In this document: one piece after another, positions 35,967 to 45,030 of the stretch
Position numbering within the stretch: the first letter of the stretch is position 1
Layout of the letters: each line of letters starts with the position of its first letter
Assembly: GCA_002329205.1 (NCBI GenBank)
Contig: DCTC01000001.1
Coordinates: forward strand, 18,530-82,529
Reading direction: 5' to 3'
Length of the DNA stretch: 64,000 bases
From: Candidatus Roizmanbacteria bacterium UBA1450
Lineage (GTDB): Bacteria; Patescibacteriota; Microgenomatia; UBA1406; GWC2-37-13
Notes under the pieces: model-generated
Seen by the model: only the letters and a program-made list of their open reading frames with translations
Databases searched by the model: none
Told to the model about the DNA's origin: nothing
Position numbers and translations under genes: made by a program

Positions 35967-36482
35967 ATGATATCTCCGTCAAGTAATCGAGGTTTTACGC
36001 TCATTGAAATGATTATTGTCATTATCATACTCGGTATTTTAGTCACAGTCGGTTCCGCATCGTATCGGGGCGTTGTTGAAGAAGCACGGAGATCTGAAGC
36101 ACGGAGGAATCTGGATGATATAAAAAAAGCAATTGAAACGGCACGTGTTAAAAGCGGAAAAAGACTCAATCAGATCACCGGCAGCAACTGCAGTTTTTGC
36201 ACTGCCTGCGGAGGAGACCTTCGGGATGTACCTGACACGCATGAATGTGTTGTCCGGTGGAATCGGCTACTGACAAATGTATCGGCAGATGGCTATGGAA
36301 ATATTTCAAAATTTAAAAGAGATCCCTGGGGAAGTCCGTATGTAATTGATGAAAATGACGGTGAGTATGTCACAAATCCTTGCAGACGGGACTGGATAGG
36401 AAGTGTCGGACCTGACGGCACATACGGCACGTCAGATGATATCATAATCCGCTTTACCATGATCCACCCTGATTGTTATTAA
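35967..36482 (+). CDS. type IV pilin-like protein (prepilin N-terminal methylation motif), Cys-rich
   Basis: SSNRG/FTLIEMIIVIIILGILV is a class III signal peptide with Glu at +5. The mature part contains six Cys, including CSFCTAC. Confidence 0.8.
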   Translation: MISPSSNRGFTLIEMIIVIIILGILVTVGSASYRGVVEEARRSEARRNLDDIKKAIETARVKSGKRLNQITGSNCSFCTACGGDLRDVPDTHECVVRWNRLLTNVSADGYGNISKFKRDPWGSPYVIDENDGEYVTNPCRRDWIGSVGPDGTYGTSDDIIIRFTMIHPDCY

Positions 36483-36501
36483 TCTGAATAAGATACTTAA
36501 G

Positions 36502-36529
36502 TTGACATATCCATTCAGAGTGATACAAT
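36502..36529 (+). promoter_or_regulatory. sigma70-type promoter with extended -10
   Basis: TTGACA (36502-36507), a 16-nt spacer ending in TGA, then TACAAT (36524-36529). Confidence 0.55.
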
Positions 36530-36557
36530 TGAACTAATGTTTCTAACTAGTAAAATT

Positions 36558-36640
36558 ATCACCGCTACCATTTGTATCCGCTAAGTCGGAGGGTAGTTCG
36601 GTGATTTTCTGAGAACCCTCCGCAAGGAGGGCTTTTTTTT
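36558..36640 (+). promoter_or_regulatory. structured leader/attenuator upstream of thrS
   Basis: A long helix pairs ATCACCG-CTACC with GGTAG-TT-CGGTGAT. It is followed by the hairpin CCCTCC-GCAA-GGAGGG and eight T. The upstream GGAGGG at 36588-36593 can alternatively pair with the CCCTCC. Confidence 0.45.
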
Positions 36641-36709
36641 ATGAAACGATATACTATCTTTTACCAATTTCACACAGATTGTTATATACAATTAATTTTT
36701 ACCGTATGA
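36641..36709 (+). CDS. candidate 22-codon upstream ORF coupled to thrS
   Basis: An ATG sits directly after the T run. The 3' arm of the hairpin (GGAGG) lies about 10 nt upstream and could act as its Shine-Dalgarno sequence. The stop TGA overlaps the thrS ATG (GTATGA). The call is speculative. Confidence 0.2.
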   Translation: MKRYTIFYQFHTDCYIQLIFTV

Positions 36710-38442
36710 AAGATCAAGCTTACCTCAATGAACTCAGACATTCGGCTGCGCATTTGCTGGCAGCTGCCGTATTGGAATTGTATCCGCAGACAAAACTGAC
36801 TATCGGACCCCCTATTGAGGACGGCTTTTACTATGATTTTGAATTTGTTGAACCGATTTCAGAAAATGATCTTCAAAAGATTGAACAAAAAATGCGTGAA
36901 CTTGTCAAAAAATGGCACGGATTTGAAAGAAATGAAGTGTCTGTCGAAGAAGCATTGAAAGCATATGAAAATAACCCATACAAACAGGAGCTTATTCAAG
37001 AGATAGCAGACAAGGGGGAAACGGTATCTTTTTATCAATCAGGAGAATTTGTTGATCTCTGCCGAGGCGGACATATCGCCAAACCGAATGAAGAGTTGAA
37101 GCATTTCAAGCTGCTTTCCATTGCAGGTGCCTACTGGCGTGGAAGTGAGAAAAACACGATGCTTACCCGTATTTACGGTACGGCTTTCCCGACAAAGGAA
37201 GAACTGGATGCATATATATTGCAGCGTGAAGAAGCTAAAAAGCGCGATCATAAAAAACTGGGGAAAGAACTTGATCTATTTGTCTTTTCTGATCTTGTCG
37301 GACCCGGACTACCCTTGTGGACACCAAAAGGAACTCTTGTCCGTAATCTGCTGGATGACTATGTCTGGCAGTTGAGAAAAGAAAAAGGATATGCTCGTGT
37401 TGAGATCCCTCATATAACCAAAAAAGAACTGTATGAAACATCAGGACATTGGGCAAAATTTTCAGATGAGCTTTTTAAAATTACGACCCGTGAAGGACAT
37501 GAGTTTGCAATGAAACCCATGAACTGTCCTCATCATACCCAGATTTATGCAAGACGCAAATGGAGCTTCAGAGAGCTTCCACAAAGATATGCCAATACAA
37601 CTACCTGCTACAGGGATGAACAGACAGGAGAACTGTCAGGACTGTCACGAGTCCGGGCTTTCAGCCAGGATGATGCACATGTATTTGCACGCTTTACACA
37701 GGTAAAAGAGGAATTCCTGAAAATCTGGGATATCGTTCAGACATTCTACAGTTCATTCGGATTTGACCTCAAAATCAGGCTATCCCTGCATGATCCCCAG
37801 GAACCTGACAAATATCTCGGAGGCGAGGAAAAATGGAAAGAGGCTGAACATATGCTTCGTGAAATTGTACAGGAAAAGAAAGCTGACGCATATGAAGCGA
37901 CAGGTGAAGCGGCATTTTACGGACCCAAATTAGATTTTATGGCCAAAGATTCTTTGGGCCGAGAATGGCAAGTTGCGACAATCCAGCTCGACATGAATAT
38001 GCCTGAACGCTTTGACCTCTCGTGCGTGAATGAAAAAGGCGAAGAAGAGCGCATTGTTATGATCCACGCCGCAATTATGGGCTCCATTGAACGATTTCTT
38101 TCTATCATTATCGAGCACTATGCTGGCGCATTCCCGTTCTGGCTATCACCAGTACAAGTCCGCATTATCCCGATTGCCGAACGCCACAATGAATACTCGT
38201 ACCAAGTACTCCGCTCCTTAGAACAGGTCGGTGTGCGCTCCGAAGTGGATGACAAATCAGAATCCATGCAAAAGAAAATTAGAAATGCTCAACGAGAGAA
38301 AATACCTTACATGCTCATCGTCGGAGACCGAGAAATGGAGTCAAAGGAAGTCAATGTACGTGCACGGGACGGAAAAACCGAGAATATGAAGGTGGAAGAT
38401 TTTACAGAAATGGCAGAAGAAAAGATAAAAAACAAATCCTAA
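36706..38442 (+). CDS. thrS: threonyl-tRNA synthetase (no N-terminal TGS domain)
   Basis: ORF trimmed to the ATG at 36706. It starts within the editing domain (RHSAAHLL HxxxH, DLCRGGH). The class II core carries FRELPQRY and RVRAFSQDDAHVF, and an anticodon-binding domain follows. Confidence 0.9.
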   Translation: MKDQAYLNELRHSAAHLLAAAVLELYPQTKLTIGPPIEDGFYYDFEFVEPISENDLQKIEQKMRELVKKWHGFERNEVSVEEALKAYENNPYKQELIQEIADKGETVSFYQSGEFVDLCRGGHIAKPNEELKHFKLLSIAGAYWRGSEKNTMLTRIYGTAFPTKEELDAYILQREEAKKRDHKKLGKELDLFVFSDLVGPGLPLWTPKGTLVRNLLDDYVWQLRKEKGYARVEIPHITKKELYETSGHWAKFSDELFKITTREGHEFAMKPMNCPHHTQIYARRKWSFRELPQRYANTTTCYRDEQTGELSGLSRVRAFSQDDAHVFARFTQVKEEFLKIWDIVQTFYSSFGFDLKIRLSLHDPQEPDKYLGGEEKWKEAEHMLREIVQEKKADAYEATGEAAFYGPKLDFMAKDSLGREWQVATIQLDMNMPERFDLSCVNEKGEEERIVMIHAAIMGSIERFLSIIIEHYAGAFPFWLSPVQVRIIPIAERHNEYSYQVLRSLEQVGVRSEVDDKSESMQKKIRNAQREKIPYMLIVGDREMESKEVNVRARDGKTENMKVEDFTEMAEEKIKNKS

Positions 38443-38477
38443 TCCAAAATTGATTAGGAGAAATTATCAATACTATT

Positions 38478-39107
38478 ATGATTCTCTCACTCATCGGCAT
38501 GTCAAGTGCCGGTAAAACACACTGGTCACATGAATTGCAAAGAAACGGATATACCCGTATCACCTGTGATGAGCTTATCGAACGAAAACTGGAGCCGGAG
38601 CTTCGCAGGCACGGTTATCAAGGCCTCAATGATGTCGCCAGGTGGATGGGCCATCCTTTTGATCCTCAATATCCTAAAACAAGTACAACATATCTGTCAT
38701 TTGAAGTTGAGGTAATGGAAGAAATATTTTCTGATATTGAACAACTACGGGGAAAAAGTTCGAAAATTGTTATAGACACTACCGGTAGTGTCATATACAC
38801 TACCCCTAGTGTTTTACATCAATTAAAAGAGCATACGACAATTATTTATTTGGACATTCCTCAGGAGAAGAAACAGGAACTCTATCAGGAATTTCTTCGC
38901 AACCCAAAACCGATTATTTGGGGAGACCTCTACCGGAAGCGCGAAGAAGAATCTCAGGAACAAGCGCTCGCGCGATGTTATCTCGAACTTCTCACATACA
39001 GATCAAAACAATATGAAAAAATTGCTGACATAACCATTCCCTTTGATATTCACCGCCAGGAAGGATTTACCGCAGCTGACTTTGTCCACCATATTGCCAC
39101 TCTATGA
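38478..39107 (+). CDS. P-loop kinase, shikimate-kinase/AAA_33-like, unknown substrate
   Basis: Walker A LIGMSSAGKTHW, and a DTTGSVIY segment resembling the shikimate-kinase GGG region. Its stop overlaps the thrC ATG (ATGA). Confidence 0.65.
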   Translation: MILSLIGMSSAGKTHWSHELQRNGYTRITCDELIERKLEPELRRHGYQGLNDVARWMGHPFDPQYPKTSTTYLSFEVEVMEEIFSDIEQLRGKSSKIVIDTTGSVIYTTPSVLHQLKEHTTIIYLDIPQEKKQELYQEFLRNPKPIIWGDLYRKREEESQEQALARCYLELLTYRSKQYEKIADITIPFDIHRQEGFTAADFVHHIATL

Positions 39108-40381
39108 AATACATTAGTACGCGGGGAAGCAGTCCCGCAGTTTCATTCAAAGAAGCACTGTTTCATGGCCTGGCATCTGACGGAGGCCTCTATATTCCTG
39201 AGACATTCCCGGCTCTTTCACCAAAACAAATCGAATCTCTCAAAACAGCACCTCTTGATGAGCTTGGCGCTGTATTGCTGGGGCTTTTTATTACTGATAT
39301 TCCTCATACTAGATTGCAACAGATCGTCAAACAAGGTCTTTCATTTCCTTTACCGATGAAAAAAGTCGGAAGTACATCCGTACTTGAACTTTTTCATGGT
39401 CCGACTATGGCATTCAAGGATGTCGCAGCACAAATACTGCCTCTCATGATGGAATATTATCTAGAAAAAGAGAAACGGAGAATAACGATTTTGACAGCAA
39501 CGTCAGGAGATACCGGGGGAGCTGTAGCACACGGTTTTGCGAACAAAAAAAATATTCAGGTAGTTATTCTTTTCCCACACGGGAATGTAAGTGAGCTTCA
39601 AAGAAAGCAATTAACTCAAGTTGCAGAAAACATATTTCCTATTGAAGTAAAAGGAACATTTGATGACTGTCAATCTATTGTTAAAAAAGCCTTTGCAGAC
39701 TCCGCGTTCAAGAGACTGAACCTTACATCGGCAAACTCCATAAATATTGGCAGGTTACTTCCGCAGATGATTTATTATGCGTATGTTTGGCAGCAATTGA
39801 ACACCGAGCATATACAATTTATAGTTCCCTCCGGAAATATGGGCAACATAACTGCCGGTCTCTATGCACAAAAAATCGGTATTCCTATTCAATCATTTGT
39901 TGCCGCCTGCAATATCAATGACCCTGTTGTTCAATACTATCAGCACGGAATCTTTAAACCGCAAAATTCCGTAAGAACTCTCTCAACCGCGATGGATATT
40001 GGCAATCCGAGCAATTTTGAACGAATCCTTTCTCTTATGCAACATAATCACAAGACATTCATCAAACAGGTACAGGCGGTGACGGTAACTGATGAAGAAA
40101 CTGTTGAAACCATCAAACAGGTTTATAACAGATACAAGTATCTGCTCGACCCTCATACAGCAGTTGCTTGGAGCGCGTATGAACGGTTAGAATCAGAAGC
40201 ATCGCAGAGTGTTGTGATATCTACTGCCTCACCTGATAAATTTGAGTCAGAAATATTGAGGGCAACTGGTATCCGATTTACAGTGAAAAAAAATAAGTAT
40301 AATAATACAGAACGGGTATTTACTACATCATGTAACTACCCCGAAGTGAGCAGGTATATTCTGGGGTTGTTAGAAGAATAA
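39104..40381 (+). CDS. thrC: threonine synthase
   Basis: MKYISTRG start, PLP-lysine motif FHGPTMAFKDVAAQ, TSGDTGGA and PSGNMGN. Confidence 0.9.
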   Translation: MKYISTRGSSPAVSFKEALFHGLASDGGLYIPETFPALSPKQIESLKTAPLDELGAVLLGLFITDIPHTRLQQIVKQGLSFPLPMKKVGSTSVLELFHGPTMAFKDVAAQILPLMMEYYLEKEKRRITILTATSGDTGGAVAHGFANKKNIQVVILFPHGNVSELQRKQLTQVAENIFPIEVKGTFDDCQSIVKKAFADSAFKRLNLTSANSINIGRLLPQMIYYAYVWQQLNTEHIQFIVPSGNMGNITAGLYAQKIGIPIQSFVAACNINDPVVQYYQHGIFKPQNSVRTLSTAMDIGNPSNFERILSLMQHNHKTFIKQVQAVTVTDEETVETIKQVYNRYKYLLDPHTAVAWSAYERLESEASQSVVISTASPDKFESEILRATGIRFTVKKNKYNNTERVFTTSCNYPEVSRYILGLLEE

Positions 40382-40386
40382 TTGCC

Positions 40387-40415
40387 TTGCAAATAGACTA
40401 TTTTCCATTTATAAT
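40387..40415 (+). promoter_or_regulatory. sigma70-type promoter of the infC-rpmI-rplT operon
   Basis: TTGCAA (40387-40392), an exact 17-nt spacer, then TATAAT (40410-40415). Confidence 0.55.
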
Positions 40416-40421
40416 AACTAA

Positions 40422-40475
40422 ACCCCGTAGCTGACAGAGCATGTATCCTTAGTGATACATTCTGTTTTACGGGGT
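40422..40475 (+). promoter_or_regulatory. long imperfect hairpin in the infC 5' leader (L20-leader-like)
   Basis: The outer stem pairs ACCCCGTA with TACGGGGT. The middle stem pairs CAGA with TCTG. The inner stem pairs ATGTATC with GATACAT around the loop CTTAGT. Confidence 0.4.
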
Positions 40476-40501
40476 ATATTGATGAATTCAATACTATCAA
40501 C

Positions 40502-41047
40502 TTGAGGAACCAAAGATATTTCAGCAGCAGAACGAACAAAACCGGTAAATATTACTATACTAATACAAGAATTCAGGAACAAGAACTACGCGTTATTGAC
40601 AACAAGGGAGAACAAGTTGGTGTTATGTCGCGGGATGAAGCAATCTCTGAAGCCGGCAAACGAGGTCTTGATCTGGTACTTATAGCTCAAAATGCCAAAC
40701 CTCCTGTAGCAAAGATAACTGACTTCAAAAAGTTTCTGTATGAACAGGAAAAAAAGCAGAAAGAAGCAAAAAAAGGAGCGAAGAAAAGTGTAGTAAAAGA
40801 TATTAAATTGTCACTTTTTATCGGGCCCGCAGATCTCGAACGATTGGTGAATAAAACGAAAGAGTTTCTTGATGAAGGAAACCAAGTCCGTCTTAATCTG
40901 ACGCTAAAAGGTCGTGAAATTGTCAAAAAGCAAATGGCATTTGATCTTTTGAAAAAATTTATTCAGGATCTCGGTGAAGTTAATATATCAAAAGAACCGA
41001 GGTTGGAAGGCCGCGTCGTCCGTGCAGTCGTATCAAGAAAGAAATAA
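40502..41047 (+). CDS. infC: translation initiation factor IF-3
   Basis: IQEQELRVIDNKGEQVGVMSRDEAISEAGKRGLDLVLI is the IF3 N-domain, and a C-domain follows. The true start is uncertain. The track uses the TTG at 40502, but an in-frame ATT just before QEQELRV is an alternative, as in other infC genes. Confidence 0.85.
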   Translation: MRNQRYFSSRTNKTGKYYYTNTRIQEQELRVIDNKGEQVGVMSRDEAISEAGKRGLDLVLIAQNAKPPVAKITDFKKFLYEQEKKQKEAKKGAKKSVVKDIKLSLFIGPADLERLVNKTKEFLDEGNQVRLNLTLKGREIVKKQMAFDLLKKFIQDLGEVNISKEPRLEGRVVRAVVSRKK

Positions 41048-41112
41048 AATCATTTCAGTTACACTTTTTATTTTTATAAGGTAAAATATAAGCTTTCAGA
41101 AGGAATAGTCAT

Positions 41113-41316
41113 ATGGCACAATCAAAACAAAAAACACATAAATCAGCCGCAAAGAGATTCAAAATCACAGGAAGTGGTAAAGTGTCTCATAGATCGCACA
41201 AAATTCGACATCTTTTATCTAAAAAATCCAGAAAAAGAGTCCGCAGCCTAAAACTTGAAAAAAATGTCGAGGGAAGAGCTGCTAAAAAAATTAAACAGTT
41301 GCTCGGAGAAGCGTAA
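41113..41316 (+). CDS. rpmI: 50S ribosomal protein L35
   Basis: KTHKSAAKRFKITGSGKV signature, 67 aa, located between infC and rplT. Confidence 0.9.
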   Translation: MAQSKQKTHKSAAKRFKITGSGKVSHRSHKIRHLLSKKSRKRVRSLKLEKNVEGRAAKKIKQLLGEA

Positions 41317-41334
41317 AAAATATTTCTATAACCT

Positions 41335-41682
41335 ATGGTACGTGTTAAAGGCGGAACTGCCTCAAAAAGAAAACATAATCGAGTACTCAAGCTTGCAAAA
41401 GGGTACTGGATGTCCAGAAGCAAACAGTTTAAAAAAGCTCAAGAAGCCGTACTCCATGCCGGAGAATATGCTTTTGCAGGCCGCAAGCTGAAAAAACGCG
41501 ATTTCAGATCGCTCTGGATCACGCGTATCAATGCTGCTTTAAAAGAAAACGGGCTGAAATATAATCAATTCATTCATACCCTAAAAACGAAAAAATCGAA
41601 AGTCGACCGTAAAATCTGGGCACAGATTGCGCTTGAACATCCGACTGTCTTTGATAAGATCGTCGAACAGATGAAGAAATAA
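41335..41682 (+). CDS. rplT: 50S ribosomal protein L20
   Basis: MVRVKGGTASKRKHNRVLKLAKGYW signature. Confidence 0.9.
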   Translation: MVRVKGGTASKRKHNRVLKLAKGYWMSRSKQFKKAQEAVLHAGEYAFAGRKLKKRDFRSLWITRINAALKENGLKYNQFIHTLKTKKSKVDRKIWAQIALEHPTVFDKIVEQMKK

Positions 41683-41763
41683 TGTATTGTTCAATATCCG
41701 ACGGCTACTGATCAGGATGACAAAAGTTATATTTTCCTTCTAGAAGTCTGGTACTATTATTAC

Positions 41764-42810
41764 ATGAAATCTGCAAAAGAACTTCTCCAACATTTCCAGA
41801 AACAACTAGCAGCAATCACTTCATTGAACACATTAGAGGAACTTAAAATTGAGTATTTAGGCAGGAACGGACGCATCAATCAGCAGCTGAAAAATATTAC
41901 GCAGATTGATCCTTCAGAACGTCGTGAGTTCGGACAGGAATTAAACACTCTTAAGGAACAGATAACGCAGGAAATTGAACTAAAACGAAAAAAACTTCTG
42001 CAAATTGAGAGTACCAAACAAACGATTGATACAACACTCCCTGCAAAATCATACCCGAAGGGAAGCCTACATCTTGTCACATATGCAATCGAAGAGATTA
42101 GTCATATTTTCGAAAAAATCGGATTTATCCGAATGTCATATCCTGAGGTAGAATGGGAATTTTTCTCTTTTGAAGCTCTCAACATGCCGTCTGATCATCC
42201 AGCACGGGACGATTTTGAGACGTTTTTTATGGATTACGAACCACACAAAGAACACGGGAAGATGGTACTTACTCCACACACCTCATCAGGACAAAACAGA
42301 GAAATGAGACGTTTGGGCAAACCACCGATCCGCATGATCAATATCGCAAAAACATACCGCCCGAACTGGGATGCTTCTCATGTACCGATGTTTCACCAAT
42401 TTGAGGGACTGTGTGTCGACAAAAGAATAAATATTACTCATTTGAAAGGAACAATTGATTATTTTGCCAAACAGTTTTTCGGAGAAGAACGGGAAACCAG
42501 ACTGCGTCCGTTTCACTTTCAGTTTACAGAACCGTCATTTGAAGTAGATATCACCTGTGATATCTGTCAGGGAACCGGCAAAGTCAACGGTGAGAAATGC
42601 CGTTTGTGCAAGCAAGGGTGGCTTGAACTGGGAGGAACGGGAATGGTTCATCCAAATGTGTTAAAAGCTGGCGGAATCGATCCTGATGAATATACCGGCT
42701 GGGCATTCGGTTTCGGGGTCGAGCGTGTCATGATGATGAAACCTGGTATCGGTCTCAACAATATGAGACTATTGTACGATGGCGACATAAGAGTTCTTGA
42801 GCAATTTTAG
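41764..42810 (+). CDS. pheS: phenylalanyl-tRNA synthetase alpha subunit
   Basis: Class II motifs (HPARDDFETFF, FRPFHFQFTEPSFEVD, GFGVERV) plus an inserted CxxC...CxxC knuckle. Confidence 0.9.
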   Translation: MKSAKELLQHFQKQLAAITSLNTLEELKIEYLGRNGRINQQLKNITQIDPSERREFGQELNTLKEQITQEIELKRKKLLQIESTKQTIDTTLPAKSYPKGSLHLVTYAIEEISHIFEKIGFIRMSYPEVEWEFFSFEALNMPSDHPARDDFETFFMDYEPHKEHGKMVLTPHTSSGQNREMRRLGKPPIRMINIAKTYRPNWDASHVPMFHQFEGLCVDKRINITHLKGTIDYFAKQFFGEERETRLRPFHFQFTEPSFEVDITCDICQGTGKVNGEKCRLCKQGWLELGGTGMVHPNVLKAGGIDPDEYTGWAFGFGVERVMMMKPGIGLNNMRLLYDGDIRVLEQF

Positions 42811-42893
42811 TCTTTAGGTAAAAAGTAAAAGGGAAGAAGTTACAAGTATTTGACTTCTTACCTCTTATCTATTACCTATTACTTAGAAAAAAT

Positions 42894-44912
42894 TTGAACA
42901 TAAAAATCACTTACAACTGGCTTTTGGAGTATCTGGAAACGGATGCCGATCCCTATGAGATGCAGAAATATCTTTCACTCAGCGGGCCGTCCATTGAAAC
43001 GGTAGAGAAAGTCGGCGATGATTATGTATTTGATATCGAGATCACGTCAAATCGTATTGATATGGCAAGTGTTTTCGGAGTCGCACAGGAAGCTCAGGCA
43101 ATCTTGCCTCAATTCGGGAAGAAGGCAAAACTGAAATTCAATCCGCTTGAAAAATATACGTTTGATAACTTGCATGCAGAACCGGTACCGACTCATAAAC
43201 TTGATGTCACAATCGAAGATCCTGAGCTTTGTTCACGATTCACGGCAATGGTCATTTCAGATGTACAGATAAAGCCGTCATCGGAAATTATTAAAAGGAG
43301 ACTGGAACTTTCGGATATCAGATCCCTCAACAATGTTATTGATATTTCAAACTATCTGATGCTTTCACTCGGACAGCCGACTCATATGTTTGATTTTGAT
43401 CAGATCAAAGATCAGAAAATGATTTTGAGGAGAAGCAAAAAAGGTGAGAAAATGACCACACTGGACGGAAAAGAATTTTCCCTTCCAGGCGACGACATCA
43501 TCATTGAAGACGGATCGGGTAGGATTATTGATCTCTGCGGTATCATGGGAGGAGAAAATTCGTCCATTACGGAAGACACGAGAAACGTACTCTTTTTTGT
43601 GCAAACATACAACAAACGCCATATTAGAAAAACATCAATGACGACCGGACAGAGGACAATGGCTGCCACATATTTTGAAAAAGGACTTGATCCTGAACGG
43701 GTCGAATCTGCATTCGTATACGGTATTGATCTTCTCTTGGAAGCAACCGGCGGACATGCATCTTCTGAACTGGTGGATCTTTATCCTCACAAACGCGAAG
43801 AGAAAAAAGTAAAGGTGTATCTCAAGGATATCCACCGTGTCATCGGTGTGACGATTGATGAAAAGAAGGTTACAGCCATTCTTGAAGATCTCGGTTTTAC
43901 TGTCAAACGTCATGAGAATGAGGAACTGGCATATCCTGACGGAGTATATTTTGAAGTGACTGTTCCCACGTATCGTACTGACGATGTCGATATCAAAGAA
44001 GATATCATTGAAGAAGTCGCGCGGGTATACGGATACTACAATCTCCCAAACAACATTTCACCGCTTATCTATATCAAGCAACCGCATGATATGGAAATGC
44101 TTTTTAAAACAATCTCAAAATCAAAACACTATCTGAAACATATCGGACTCCATGAATTCATCAATTACTCAATGGTATCAGAAGAGCTTCTGAAAAATCT
44201 CGGTATGGATCCCTCCAAGCATCTCAAACTTTCAAACACCATTTCAAAAGAGATTGAGTTCATGAGGCGATCTCTTGCCGTGTCACTTGTCAAAAATATC
44301 AAAGACAATCAGGGAAAAAAAGATATTCTTAAGATATTTGAGATCGCAAAGATATATACCCCTCGCAATGAAGATCTTCCTGAAGAACAGTATGTTTTGA
44401 CAATTGCAGTCACAACTGATTTTTTCGATCTTAAAGGAATTGTTGAAGGATTGATGAGAGAGCTCAATATAAACAATTACACCTATGAAACAAAAGAAAC
44501 TGACTTGCTTTCACAAAATACTTCAACTGCAATTATGTCCGAAGACAAGCAAGTAGGACGACTGGGAATGCTGAGGAAAGAATACGCTGAGAACATGGCA
44601 CTTACAGAAGACGTATACATCGCCGAGATTGATTTCGATTTTATACAAAACAACTATTCAATTACTAAGCCGTACAAAGATCCTATCACGACAGCCATGG
44701 TCAAGCTTGACGCGACGATCGACATGAAAGAACGGGTCTACGGAGAACTGGAAAAGAAAGCGTATAACGCATCGCATCTGCTTCAGGATATCGAAATCAT
44801 CGATCGCTACAAAGAAAACCTTACCATCCGCTTTTACTTTGCAGATCCTTCAAAAAATATCACCGAAGCTGAAGCAAAACACGAACTTGAAACGATATTG
44901 AAACAGATATAA
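42894..44912 (+). CDS. pheT: phenylalanyl-tRNA synthetase beta subunit (short form)
   Basis: TTG start. The B3/4 region carries NRIDMASVFGVAQE and SLGQPTHMFD. B5 and C-terminal domains follow. At 672 aa it has no EMAP-type N-terminal tRNA-binding domain. Confidence 0.85.
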   Translation: MNIKITYNWLLEYLETDADPYEMQKYLSLSGPSIETVEKVGDDYVFDIEITSNRIDMASVFGVAQEAQAILPQFGKKAKLKFNPLEKYTFDNLHAEPVPTHKLDVTIEDPELCSRFTAMVISDVQIKPSSEIIKRRLELSDIRSLNNVIDISNYLMLSLGQPTHMFDFDQIKDQKMILRRSKKGEKMTTLDGKEFSLPGDDIIIEDGSGRIIDLCGIMGGENSSITEDTRNVLFFVQTYNKRHIRKTSMTTGQRTMAATYFEKGLDPERVESAFVYGIDLLLEATGGHASSELVDLYPHKREEKKVKVYLKDIHRVIGVTIDEKKVTAILEDLGFTVKRHENEELAYPDGVYFEVTVPTYRTDDVDIKEDIIEEVARVYGYYNLPNNISPLIYIKQPHDMEMLFKTISKSKHYLKHIGLHEFINYSMVSEELLKNLGMDPSKHLKLSNTISKEIEFMRRSLAVSLVKNIKDNQGKKDILKIFEIAKIYTPRNEDLPEEQYVLTIAVTTDFFDLKGIVEGLMRELNINNYTYETKETDLLSQNTSTAIMSEDKQVGRLGMLRKEYAENMALTEDVYIAEIDFDFIQNNYSITKPYKDPITTAMVKLDATIDMKERVYGELEKKAYNASHLLQDIEIIDRYKENLTIRFYFADPSKNITEAEAKHELETILKQI

Positions 44913-45030
44913 AACGGAGCTGTGTATGGGCATGTATTCTGATGGCTTCAACAACACGCAATCTTTATCTGCTTTAAATTCTTACCATTGCTTTCGGAAA
45001 TCATAGATTTATTTTTGCTACAATATCCAC

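Noticed and set aside
36530-36705. A T-box riboswitch upstream of thrS
   Set aside because: The leader is only about 100 nt. I could not find the conserved T-box sequence (AGGGUGGNACCGCG-like) or a specifier-loop architecture. It is reported instead as an unclassified leader.
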